Of a stretch of DNA of 64,000 bases, positions 18,598-28,340 are shown piece by piece. The stretch lies in NCBI GenBank assembly GCA_963691875.1, contig OY829846.1:3296001-3360000 (forward strand), read 5' to 3'. The notes under the pieces are model-generated. The model did no database searches. It saw only the letters and a program-made list of their open reading frames with translations, and had not been told where the DNA came from. Both the position numbers and the translations under genes were made by a program. Position 1 is the first letter of the stretch; every line of letters begins with the position of its first letter. Source of the DNA: Aureliella sp. (GTDB taxonomy: Bacteria; Planctomycetota; Planctomycetia; Pirellulales; Pirellulaceae).

Positions 18598-19472
18598 AAG
18601 AGCAACAGTCCCAGGCAGAACAAAAGAGTGTACAACAAGAGAAGTCCAGCAGTCATTCCAAGGCACGGCCGGAGCTTCAATCCATCGTTGCGCCATACCT
18701 TTGAGATCACTACGACTCCAGGCACGGCGATCAAGCACGCAAGTGCAGTTGCCCAACTCTGTTTGTCTCGTTGAGCGCCTGCAAACCAGATCGGTACGAG
18801 AGCCGCTCCGACGACGCACAGTGTGTATTGGAATCGGCTAAAGGTAGCTCCCAAGCGTACGGCCAAGGTTCTTTTGTTGGCCGTACGATCCTCGTCGATG
18901 TCCCGTAAGTTGTTGACAACAAGTAGCCCGGTTGCGATTAAACCAGGCCCGAGACCGGCGATGACCGAACTGAAACTTAGTTGAAGCGATTGCACGTAAT
19001 GTGTGCCTGCAACAGCGACGGGGCCAAAAAAAACCAGGACGAAAGGATCTGCAATTCCGAGATAAGCCAACGAATAGCGTCCGGCTGTGTAGAGAACACC
19101 GAGCAAGATACTCACCGCGCCGAGCAGCATGAACCCCCAACCGGCTCGGAGCGATACGAGACAAGCGGCCACAGCTGTGACGGAAAACATCATTACCGTC
19201 GCGATCAACATTGCCCGTGGAGAAATCAGTCCAGCTTGCACCGCGCGGGTCGGCCCCTTACGCTCTTCCGTATCTGCGCCCTGAAAAAAATCGCAGTAGT
19301 CGTTGCAAAAATTGGTTCCAACCTGCACTGACATCGCACTCACCAGAGCGCCCAGCATCGCCCATAAATGGAAGCTACCATCATGCAGTGCCAGTGCGGC
19401 TCCAATCGAAACCGGCGAAAGTGCGGCGAGGAGTGTCTTAGGGCGCGCTGCCAATATCCAATCAAAGATCAT
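18594..19472 (-). CDS. menA: 1,4-dihydroxy-2-naphthoate prenyltransferase
   Basis: ARPKTL, NFCNDYCD, VNNLRDIDED..KRTLAVRLG; multiple TM helices. Confidence 0.95.
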   Translation of the reverse strand: MIFDWILAARPKTLLAALSPVSIGAALALHDGSFHLWAMLGALVSAMSVQVGTNFCNDYCDFFQGADTEERKGPTRAVQAGLISPRAMLIATVMMFSVTAVAACLVSLRAGWGFMLLGAVSILLGVLYTAGRYSLAYLGIADPFVLVFFGPVAVAGTHYVQSLQLSFSSVIAGLGPGLIATGLLVVNNLRDIDEDRTANKRTLAVRLGATFSRFQYTLCVVGAALVPIWFAGAQRDKQSWATALACLIAVPGVVVISKVWRNDGLKLRPCLGMTAGLLLLYTLLFCLGLLLL

Positions 19473-19530
19473 TGCTTATCTGATACACAACGAGGAATAT
19501 CTAGGTGCTTCGAAACCCTTTGCGATGCAA

Positions 19531-20445
19531 CTAGTAATGATAAGGATAATCGGACCAATCTGGTGGACGCTTCTCCAAGAACGCATCTCGCCCTTCTTTG
19601 GCTTCCTCTGTTCCGTACGCGAGCCGTGTCGCTTCACCGGCGAACAATTGCTGGCCGACGAGTCCGTCATCGGTCAAGTTGAACGCGTACTTGACCATGC
19701 GTTGGGCGGTAGGACTCTTTGCGCAGATCTCAGCAGCCCAGGCCAAAGCCTCGGACTCCAGTTGCTCATGTCTCACGACAGAGTTTACCGCACCTTGCCG
19801 CATTGCTTCGTCTGCAGAATAGGTGCGTCCTAAAAAGAAAATCTCGCGCGCGATCTTTTGACCAACTTGCTTGGCTAAGTAGGCCGAGCCAAAGCCGCCA
19901 TCAAAACTGGCCACATCCGTATCCGTTTGCTTGAACTTTGCGTGTTCCTTGGATGCAATGGTTAGATCGCAAACGACATGGAGACTGTGCCCTCCTCCGA
20001 CCGCCCAACCTGGAACGGCGCAAATGACTACTTTGGGCATCATCCGAATCAACTGTTGGCATTCAAGAATATGCAAGCGACCGCCACGGCTCTTATCGAT
20101 TGCCTGAGAATCGCCCTCCTCGGAATATTGATAGCCGTCCTTGCCGCGCACTCGTTGGTCGCCTCCAGAGCAAAATGCCCAGCCACCATCTTTGGGTGAA
20201 GGACCGTTGCCCGTCAAAATCACCGCACCAACGTCACTTGTTTGCCGCGCGTGATTTAGGGCCGTGTAGAGCTCGTCCACCGTCTGGGGGCGAAACGCAT
20301 TGCGAACTTCAGGTCGATTGAAAGCAATGCGAACAGCGCCAACTTCTCGCGCTCGGTGATAAGTAATGTCCGTAAAGCGGAGCGACTCAACTTCCTCCCA
20401 TCGGGTGGCATCGAAAATCTCTGAAACTTGTTCTGAAGTAGAAAT
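19531..20445 (-). CDS. menB: 1,4-dihydroxy-2-naphthoyl-CoA synthase; probable ATT start
   Basis: FCSGGDQR, GWAVGGGHSLH, SFDGGFGS. The frame extends upstream of the track ORF (TDITYHR..VRIAFNRPEVRNAFRP) with no ATG/GTG/TTG before a stop at 20494; ATT at 20445 has GAGGT upstream. Confidence 0.93.
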   Translation of the reverse strand: MSTSEQVSEIFDATRWEEVESLRFTDITYHRAREVGAVRIAFNRPEVRNAFRPQTVDELYTALNHARQTSDVGAVILTGNGPSPKDGGWAFCSGGDQRVRGKDGYQYSEEGDSQAIDKSRGGRLHILECQQLIRMMPKVVICAVPGWAVGGGHSLHVVCDLTIASKEHAKFKQTDTDVASFDGGFGSAYLAKQVGQKIAREIFFLGRTYSADEAMRQGAVNSVVRHEQLESEALAWAAEICAKSPTAQRMVKYAFNLTDDGLVGQQLFAGEATRLAYGTEEAKEGRDAFLEKRPPDWSDYPYHY

Positions 20446-20705
20446 GGGACTTGTTACCTCGGGGAGCGGGAGTGAATTTAGTCTTTCGCGAGCCTATTGC
20501 TCTTAGCAGACGCGGTCAAAAACCGGAAAATCAAAGCATCTGCGGGTGAATATAGTTGCATCGGGGCATAGCGAGGAAACTAACGGCGAATTGGACTCAC
20601 CCGCTCGCGCATCTTGCTTGTACCGTGCGCTATTCTATCGGATTTACTTTTTTGCTTCGTGGGGTCTCAGACGGAAGTTGGAAAGAACAACAAATAGCCG
20701 ATTCC

Positions 20706-21422
20706 CTATGCCAACTGCTCGACGAATCCTTCAATGGCCGAAACTAACGCTTGCGGCTGCTCTCGATGGACGATGTGCCCGCATTCTGGGATGATCTTGC
20801 ACTGCGAAACATGCAGCTCATGCACCATGCGTTTGGCAATTGCGCGGTACTTTTCATCTCGCTCGCCAGCGATGGACAAGGTCGGAAGTTTCAGCTCGGG
20901 CAGACGATCCCAGTAGTTGGGTTGTCGCGACACGGAATTAGCTCGAAGAATCTGCGGCCAACTTGCCCGTTCGAACTTTTGCTTCCGATGGATTTCTGCT
21001 TGCAACACTTCGCTTGGTACGCCGGCAAAGACACTCTGGCGATACCAGAACTCTAAGAATTGTTCGATAGATTCTGTTTCGAGCCGATTGGCAACGCGTT
21101 GGTCGGCAAGCCAACGTGCCCTACATGCTTCAGGCGTCTCCAGCCCCGGATTGCCTGAGATGAATACGAGCCCTGCGAATCGTTCGGCGAAATCCAGGGA
21201 AAGTCCCAAAGCTAAACGCGCTCCCATCGAATAGCCCACGAGAATCGACTCCGATGGAATGGAATGCGCTAAAAGTTGCAAGCTCTCTTGCCAATCTTCA
21301 GCAGGGTATACTTCGGTGGCCTGGGAATCGTATCCTGCCTGCCTAAGCATGTGTCTCACTTCCTCCCAGTCGGACGCATGCCCCATAAAGCCGTGTATGA
21401 AAACTAGTTTTACTCGCGACAC
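20706..21422 (-). CDS. menH: SHCHC synthase (alpha/beta hydrolase)
   Basis: HGFMG, GYSMGARLAL, GERDEKY, GHIVHRE; overlaps the end of menD. Confidence 0.9.
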   Translation of the reverse strand: MSRVKLVFIHGFMGHASDWEEVRHMLRQAGYDSQATEVYPAEDWQESLQLLAHSIPSESILVGYSMGARLALGLSLDFAERFAGLVFISGNPGLETPEACRARWLADQRVANRLETESIEQFLEFWYRQSVFAGVPSEVLQAEIHRKQKFERASWPQILRANSVSRQPNYWDRLPELKLPTLSIAGERDEKYRAIAKRMVHELHVSQCKIIPECGHIVHREQPQALVSAIEGFVEQLA

Positions 21423-23089
21423 TCTTGAATCGCCTTCCCAATTGCTTGCCGTGTTTGCAAGTTTTGTTGACGATCTGTAGCAAGCTCCAGCACAACGGAC
21501 TGACTTTCCATGATGGCCGTCCCGTAAGTCTCCTTCAAGTCTCGCATGTCAGTAATTCTTTGGTATTCGATACCAAAAGTTTCTGCCACACTACCGAACC
21601 GATAATTGTGAGGTGTGGCAAAGAATTGTTCAAAGTGCTTTGACTGTTTTATCGGCAGAATGTCGAAGATGTGCCCGCCTTGGTTGTTGACAACCAAAAC
21701 AATCATCGGCCAGGGAGAAGAGGCAATGAGAGCGAGCGAATTCAAGTCGTGCAACGCGGAAAGATCGCCCAGCAGAACCGTAGTCCGACTCCCAAGGCCT
21801 AGGGCGTAGCCTGTTGCGGTTGCCAGTAGACCGTCAATACCGCTCGCACCGCGATTCGCCGCTACATTTCTAACTTCCGCTGTTCCCGCCAATCCATAGC
21901 GGTCCATATCGCGGATGGGCATGCTGTTTCCAATGAACAACCCTTCGCTTGGCGGACAGTGCTCACTGAGAAAATAAGCTACGGCTGGCTCGCTCAGTGA
22001 GTTCGATGCGGCGAGTACCGATTCAATGGCCGCCTTTCGTTTCGCGTTTGCCTCTTGCCATTTGCTCGAAAACGCATTGGAAGTTGCCGAAGCTTCGATT
22101 CTTGAACTGAGCTCCGTGAAGGGAAACCGATGTCGTGATAACTCGATGCCTGATGGATTGACGACCTGTCCCGTTGAGGTAACGTGAACAAACTTCGTCC
22201 CAGAACTTGCAGCCTCCTTGGTCCATGTGATCCAAGACTTTGAGGTGATTCTATCGCCAAGATGCAAGACCGTATCAGGTTGGGGCAATGCGAATTCCGC
22301 TGGTAACTCAAAACCACAGGCCGAAAGACTGCTAGTTACATCACATAGCATCGGACAATTCAGATGCTTCGCGAGTCTTTGGGCTTCCCGTGCCTCCTGC
22401 GGCTTGCAGTTCCCCAAGGCGATGACCGTATTCCCTTGAAGCTTGATCTTCGCTTCGCAAGCCGCCTGTACCACTACGTGCCTTTCCAACAGTTCGCCCG
22501 CTGGGAAGCATGCCCTCTCTTCCGCTCCTGCTTTACCTAGCCCGTCGGACTCATCATCGATGGTGAAAGGCTCATGAAACATCCAGTTGACGTGTACCGG
22601 CCCGTCCATACTCTTGCTGAACGCAGTATCAAGTTCCTTGAGCAAGTATGCTCGAGCGTCTTTTTTTTCAGAGCCCGAATTGTTGGGTACAGATACGTTG
22701 ACGAAGACTTCGGGGTAGCCTCCAAAGATATTTCGCTGTTCAATCGTCTGATTCGCACCAATCCCGCGAAGTTCATCGGGACGATCCGCCGTGAACAGCA
22801 GTAGGGGCACGCGGTCCATCGACGCTTCGACTACAGCGGGAAGCGCGTTCGCAACAGCGGTGCCCGAAGTGCAAACAAACACACCAGGTAGACCGGTCGC
22901 ACGTGCGTATCCGAGAGCCGCAAACGCAAGGCCTCGCTCATCGAAGTGCTGCGTGACCTGTGCAGATTCGTTGTCGGCAATCGCCAGTGTGAGTGGAGTA
23001 CAGCGTGATCCGGGAGCAACAAAGAAGTGATCGATACTGCGTTTTAAGCAGCTGTCGACCGCGATTTCAGCCCAGATTTTGTCAATCAC
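21410..23089 (-). CDS. menD: SEPHCHC synthase (ThDP-dependent)
   Basis: APGSRCTPL, DERGLAF, CTSGTA, ADRP, NSMPIRD, NRGASGIDG, GDLSALHDLN. Confidence 0.96.
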   Translation of the reverse strand: MIDKIWAEIAVDSCLKRSIDHFFVAPGSRCTPLTLAIADNESAQVTQHFDERGLAFAALGYARATGLPGVFVCTSGTAVANALPAVVEASMDRVPLLLFTADRPDELRGIGANQTIEQRNIFGGYPEVFVNVSVPNNSGSEKKDARAYLLKELDTAFSKSMDGPVHVNWMFHEPFTIDDESDGLGKAGAEERACFPAGELLERHVVVQAACEAKIKLQGNTVIALGNCKPQEAREAQRLAKHLNCPMLCDVTSSLSACGFELPAEFALPQPDTVLHLGDRITSKSWITWTKEAASSGTKFVHVTSTGQVVNPSGIELSRHRFPFTELSSRIEASATSNAFSSKWQEANAKRKAAIESVLAASNSLSEPAVAYFLSEHCPPSEGLFIGNSMPIRDMDRYGLAGTAEVRNVAANRGASGIDGLLATATGYALGLGSRTTVLLGDLSALHDLNSLALIASSPWPMIVLVVNNQGGHIFDILPIKQSKHFEQFFATPHNYRFGSVAETFGIEYQRITDMRDLKETYGTAIMESQSVVLELATDRQQNLQTRQAIGKAIQECRE

Positions 23090-23200
23090 TTGAAGAACTT
23101 GCCTAAGTTGTCTCGCTGACTGAGTTTAACCGTCGGCAAAACAATCAAGGTAGACTTTGGAACGCCTTCGGGTTGAGGTGGTGACGCCTCGGAACGAAAC

Positions 23201-24523
23201 TCAAGAGCCAATGATGCTCAAAAAGTCCTGGATCTTATTCTCCACTTCATACCATTCCTGTTCCGGCTCCGAGCCGCGAACGATCCCTGCACCCGAGAAT
23301 AACGACAGTGTATTGCCTTCAACCAACCCGGATCGAATGGCTACTGCGAACTGCGCATTATCGGCCCCGATCCATCCGACTGGAGCAGCGTACCAGCCGC
23401 GATTGTAAGGTTCAATCCGTGAAATTTCTGGCAACGCATTTTCCGTTGGATATCCACCCACGGCAGGTGTCGGATGCAGCCGTGAAAGCAGTTTTCCATC
23501 ATCCACCTCTGCCTTGAGCTCACCATGCACATTGGAACGCAGATGCTGCTTCCGAGCCAGCCGCAAGATGGATGCTTGCGAATCCACATCTAAGTGCTCG
23601 ATAAACTGATGCAGCTTCTGGCGAATGCTCTTTCGAACGATATCGTGCTCTCGCTGGTCCTTGTCACTTGTCAGCAACTCAATCGAGAGCCTTTCATCCT
23701 CTTCAGGCGTCGCGCCTCGCATGCGGGTCCCAGCGACGACTTCACTTTGCAAAAACTTCCCTTCACGGTGAAACAATCGCTCAGGGGTTGCGCCGACGAA
23801 AGTCGTATCGTCTCCGAAGTTGAAGCAAAAAACAAAACAGTCGTGTGTGGCTGCATGCAGGCTGGCTGTCAGAGCAATGGAGTTCAACGGACGCTCGAAT
23901 GTCAATTCAGTCTTCCGCGACAAGACGATCTTCTCGACGACTTCCCTGGCAATTAAAGCGAGCGATTCGTCCACTCGAGACTGCCAGCCATTAAAAGTCG
24001 GTTGGTAACGTTTCGACACCGGAGTAGGAATCGAGCCATCCAATGGCAACTCAGAAATGCTTAACGACCGGAGGTCTTCCCGAGCCAGCTCAACATCCTG
24101 TTGATTCATCACTGCCAGTGTCAGGACTCCACCTGACAAAGTGAGCCTGGGAATGACAAACTTACCAGCACCGAGAGAGCTCCAGCAGTCAGAGCCATCG
24201 AAGGACAAGCCTCCAAAGAACCGAAGCGTCTCCGAGCCCATCAATAGTTCACGGCATCGTCGCAACGCAAATGAAGGATCTTCCTTTGCTCTGACCTCTA
24301 CTTGAGAAGCGACACCAACTCCTGCCAGGACATCGTTCGAACTACGATCTACCCACGCAACTCGCGGAACCGAAGCATTTGAATTCAACCATGGCCAGGC
24401 TTGAAGCTCTGGTACTGAGACCTGAACAGTTGCGGGGAATACTGTGGACGACTTGCCGATGGTGTCAAGCTCTTCCATCATCACTAAAAGTGGAGGTTGC
24501 TCGATTTGGACACTTGACTTCAT
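23201..24523 (-). CDS. menF: Isochorismate synthase
   Basis: EKIVLSR, GATPERL, KDQREH, LHPTPAVGG, FAVAIRSG, GAGIV; first gene of the men cluster. Confidence 0.92.
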   Translation of the reverse strand: MKSSVQIEQPPLLVMMEELDTIGKSSTVFPATVQVSVPELQAWPWLNSNASVPRVAWVDRSSNDVLAGVGVASQVEVRAKEDPSFALRRCRELLMGSETLRFFGGLSFDGSDCWSSLGAGKFVIPRLTLSGGVLTLAVMNQQDVELAREDLRSLSISELPLDGSIPTPVSKRYQPTFNGWQSRVDESLALIAREVVEKIVLSRKTELTFERPLNSIALTASLHAATHDCFVFCFNFGDDTTFVGATPERLFHREGKFLQSEVVAGTRMRGATPEEDERLSIELLTSDKDQREHDIVRKSIRQKLHQFIEHLDVDSQASILRLARKQHLRSNVHGELKAEVDDGKLLSRLHPTPAVGGYPTENALPEISRIEPYNRGWYAAPVGWIGADNAQFAVAIRSGLVEGNTLSLFSGAGIVRGSEPEQEWYEVENKIQDFLSIIGS

Positions 24524-24904
24524 GGCTTACTTTATTCTAGTTGTCCCGCATGTAATGCTCAAACAGCACCATTTTGTCGATTTTGCAAAAGTTGAATATG
24601 AGTCCTGCTCAGGCTGTGGCAAGATCAGGACGAACGAGTCGCTGCGAATTCTGCATGATGACCACACGAGCCTCCTTTGCCGCTCTAACTACCGAATCTC
24701 TCGCGCGTCGATTAACCCTGAATAGGGGATTTTGTTGACTTTCGGCGATTGAGGAATGGCGGGATCGGGCTATCCCATAGCTTCAAGCGAAGCCGACGAC
24801 GTTTAGCATAGAATCGGCGAACACCTAGACTCTAGCAATAAAAAACGAGAGTACAGGTCACTCAAAAGAGCGTAGGTGACGGCAATTCAACAACCAGGAA
24901 GGAG

Positions 24905-26989
24905 CTAGAACTGAATCTTGGGGTAGCAACAGCGAGTAATAATGTGCTGGCCGTCAAAGCTGCTCATTACCACAGGCTGACCGACCCCGTTGACCAGCGG
25001 CATTTGATCCTCGAGCAGGAGCTCCCATTGCTCGGGAGTGCGACCAGCCGATTGGATTACAAACACTTGGGCGAGCTCTCGGTAGCCTTGCCGCGAAGTG
25101 ACCCAAATGGTTTTCTGGTCGATGATGGCAAACTCGAGCAGCAGTGTCGTTGAGAAATCCTTGAGAATATTGCGGGGCCTACGGTCATAAGTCGTGACAA
25201 GTGCCGTCGTTTCTGGCCCGATTCCTGCTTTTGCCAAGGCTTTCCAGTCAAACCAGACTTCCACTCCCAATCGAGCACACAACTTGGAGATCGCTTGCTC
25301 GACAGGCTCTTCCTGAACACTGAGCAACTTCGTCTTTTCGTCTAGGAAAACGAGCTTGTCAGATTGCACAAACGGAACAGTAAGATTTTCTAGACGAAAG
25401 TTCGTCAACCCGGGAGTCTTCCCAGACGCAACTCTTAAGTTTTCAATCAAGCGAATGGCACGAAACCAAGTGACGAGATCGATGATCGCCGAGTCATACT
25501 TGAGCGTCGTCCCTTCGACGCCCCAACCTTTCGCCGTGCCAGGGAAGAGCCTACCAAGACTCTGAAGCACTTGCTGGATCTGCTCTGGATTTTCAGCCAA
25601 ATCGGATAAATCCGTACTCTCGGGAAGCTGGCTTTTCAAAGCAGCTTCAGGTGCAGAGAGGAGCAAATGATCGCTCTTGGTTTGCCAAGCGACTTTTGCT
25701 TTTTGAGCCAGAGTGTTCGAGATGTTGGCAACAGAGCTGTTCTGAAATTTTCCAAGGTCCAGTTTGGCGGCAACATCAAGATTTGCCCCCGCAAGGGAAT
25801 TCAAATCGACACGGCTTGGCATACCGCTAAGACGCGTCCACGTGTTGAGCACGGTGGACAATGGTTGCTGAGCGTTAAAGATAACACCTGAAATCGTCTG
25901 TTTCTGCCGTTGTCCCCAGTCAACTGGAGGCAGCGGATCGCGGCCAAATGTTGCCCCAAGCTGCAGATCCTCGGCGGTGACCGGTGCTGGACCGATTTTC
26001 ACATCCCGAGGCAGAGCGGGAGTCCAATCATCGGCCCCGAGTATGCTGTCGGCAATCTGTTGCATCCTGGCGCTTAGCTGCCCGCGAATCCGATCCTCTT
26101 CGTCCTGCTGAGCCTTGATATCTTCTTCGGTCTCGAAAGGACTACTCACATTAAACTTTGGATCACCCAAGCCAATCGCCGCAGGATCTGGCTCTGCACC
26201 GGGGTCTTGCGGCTTAGCAGGATCTTCGGCATCGTCGTCTGGATCGCCATTAGCTCCTGTTGTATTTAATATCGCATCAGGATTCGCAGTTTGCGTACTC
26301 TCGGGATCGGCGGACTCAGTTTCTTGCCCAGTAGGTTCGTTCTCAGGATTGGAATCCGCAGGAGGCTCTGACTCGACAGTTTCAGCGCCTTGCTGAGGCT
26401 GGTCCAGGCCCTGAGCAAGATCCTTGTTAGGATCCTGTGGGTCTGCATTACCTCCGTACCAGCTCAGAAAGGCAATGAATGCGATAACCGCAAGTGCTAC
26501 TCCGCCGACGCCGAGGAAGCCGACGAGTAGATATTGTTTTGATTTTGCACTCGACTCCGAAGACCATTCGTCAGAAGGCAACAATGCCTCCTGGGGCTGC
26601 CAAGAATCAGCCATGGGAGCCGCGGGTGCGTCTTCCATGGGAGCTAATTGAAAGTCATCACTTTCAAAGCCTCCGCCACCTGATAACGCTTCTTCTACAG
26701 ATGACTCAAAGGGGGCTTCGTTCTGCGAACCTTCTCCGCTTGGCAATTGCCCGAGATCTTGCTCCAACCCTTCCTTAGTCATCGCCATCGAGTCGACAGA
26801 GGCAGAGCCAAAGCCAGAGCCAGGTTGCACAGTTACTTGAGGCCGCGCGGTCACCATGACAAGCGAATCGCACTTGGGGCAGTTGACGACTTGGCCGATC
26901 AGCTTTTCGTTTCGTACTCGAATGCGGCTTTGGCATGTCGAGCAAACAATCGTGAACGGTTCCACTACAACCCCTTTCGGTCTACGCAT
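24905..26989 (-). CDS. Bitopic membrane protein with N-terminal zinc ribbon, acidic linkers and a periplasmic domain
   Basis: CSTC..CPKC at the N-terminus, one TM helix (YLLVGFLGVGGVALAVIAFIAFLSWY), then low-complexity acidic/Pro linker. Confidence 0.7.
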   Translation of the reverse strand: MRRPKGVVVEPFTIVCSTCQSRIRVRNEKLIGQVVNCPKCDSLVMVTARPQVTVQPGSGFGSASVDSMAMTKEGLEQDLGQLPSGEGSQNEAPFESSVEEALSGGGGFESDDFQLAPMEDAPAAPMADSWQPQEALLPSDEWSSESSAKSKQYLLVGFLGVGGVALAVIAFIAFLSWYGGNADPQDPNKDLAQGLDQPQQGAETVESEPPADSNPENEPTGQETESADPESTQTANPDAILNTTGANGDPDDDAEDPAKPQDPGAEPDPAAIGLGDPKFNVSSPFETEEDIKAQQDEEDRIRGQLSARMQQIADSILGADDWTPALPRDVKIGPAPVTAEDLQLGATFGRDPLPPVDWGQRQKQTISGVIFNAQQPLSTVLNTWTRLSGMPSRVDLNSLAGANLDVAAKLDLGKFQNSSVANISNTLAQKAKVAWQTKSDHLLLSAPEAALKSQLPESTDLSDLAENPEQIQQVLQSLGRLFPGTAKGWGVEGTTLKYDSAIIDLVTWFRAIRLIENLRVASGKTPGLTNFRLENLTVPFVQSDKLVFLDEKTKLLSVQEEPVEQAISKLCARLGVEVWFDWKALAKAGIGPETTALVTTYDRRPRNILKDFSTTLLLEFAIIDQKTIWVTSRQGYRELAQVFVIQSAGRTPEQWELLLEDQMPLVNGVGQPVVMSSFDGQHIITRCCYPKIQF

Positions 26990-27289
26990 CAGATGAGCTT
27001 CGTGGCGGTCAGATTTACGGCCACGCAGATCACGAGTTCATTGTAGGCAAAATCTATTCCCTACGAAGCTGAAAGCTGAGCTTCGGGTAACGCCGCACAC
27101 TAAATTCAGGGCTTCTGTGCCTATCTTGTCGAAAATAACGCAGCGGCAGAGAATGCTAAACAGAGCCGAGTCCCGACCAGGGTGTCAGATTGACCGCTGA
27201 ACGTAGCAAAATTCAGCGTTTTCTGGCCTCAGGGCCGTGCCTGTTCCAACGAAATGGACCTTGAAGCAGAAGAAACCGAGGCGAAAGAG

Positions 27290-27859
27290 ATGCTGGCCAA
27301 AGACATCAAATCGGGCACCGTTGTAGTAGATAATGAAGTTCCGATCATGATTGAATCGGTGACCGTGCAAACGCCTAGCGCCCGAGGAGCTGCCACGCTC
27401 TATGTGTTCAAGGCTCGGAATCTCATTTCAAAGCAGAAGGTGGACCTGAAACTAAAGGGGACCGACAATCTGCCCGAAGCCGATTTTCGCAAGCGGATCG
27501 TCAAGATGATGTACAAGGACAATGATGATCTACACTTGATGGATCAAGAAGACTTCAATCAGTACAGCATTCCATTGTCTGATTGTGAAGAACAGATGAA
27601 GTACATCACCGAAGAGCTCGAAGGCCTCTACGCGCTGATCTACCAAGACGAGTGTGTCGGGTTTCAATTACCCACTTCTGTCGAGCTCAACATAACTCAG
27701 TGTGATCCAGCCATCCGCGGCAACTCGGCTACTGCTCGCACCAAGCCTGCTGAACTGGAAACCGGACTCACGGTTCAAGTGCCCGAGTACATCAAAGAGA
27801 ATGAGAAGATAAAAGTCGATACACGTACTGGTGAATTCCTCTCGCGCGCAAACTCATAG
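27290..27859 (+). CDS. efpL: Elongation factor P-like protein (EfpL/YeiP type)
   Basis: Loop TPSARGAATLY has Arg rather than the PGKG of canonical EF-P; C-terminus KPAELETGLTVQVPEYI..KVDTRTGEFLSRA. Confidence 0.85.
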   Translation: MLAKDIKSGTVVVDNEVPIMIESVTVQTPSARGAATLYVFKARNLISKQKVDLKLKGTDNLPEADFRKRIVKMMYKDNDDLHLMDQEDFNQYSIPLSDCEEQMKYITEELEGLYALIYQDECVGFQLPTSVELNITQCDPAIRGNSATARTKPAELETGLTVQVPEYIKENEKIKVDTRTGEFLSRANS

Positions 27860-28340
27860 CTGCTCCAGCAAAGGCATGTCCATCCCATACCTCGGTAGTG
27901 CATGCTACTGCGATTTCGAGACCATCTCTGCTAATTCGCCAAAGGGCGATTTTTCCAGCTCAGGGAGCACCGCTTGTCTGACCGTAAACGCCGCCGTTAT
28001 CGCACACACAATCTTCACCGCTTCTTCATGATTTCTTAACCCATTGCACCGGCAAAAGAACGGGCGTTCCGAGAAAATCGGTCGTCAAAGTTGGAGCTAG
28101 TGCAGAACAGGCCAACGCTTCTGCGAGCGTTAATGTGGGACATAGTTACGTTAGCTTTGTTAGCCACATTTCCGAGAGCGCTGGACCAACTTTTAATGTT
28201 CGATGAAGACACCTCGATTCGTTTCGCAAAGCATTGCTAGTGAACGATTGGTTGTAACAATACAGCCGAATTAAGTTTGCGAAGCGAGGCGGTCACCTCT
28301 CACTTCTGAACATTCGCAATTCCACTCAAGGAAATGAAGG

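Noticed and set aside
18598..18819. N-terminal extension of the menC ORF in the track
   Set aside because: Overlaps menA; GTG 18597, coupled to the menA stop, is the more plausible start.
28045..28105. GGCAAA..GAAA..CAAAG, resembling a c-di-GMP-I riboswitch upstream of the prepilins
   Set aside because: The required paired stems and conserved spacing could not be built; it would need an Infernal hit.
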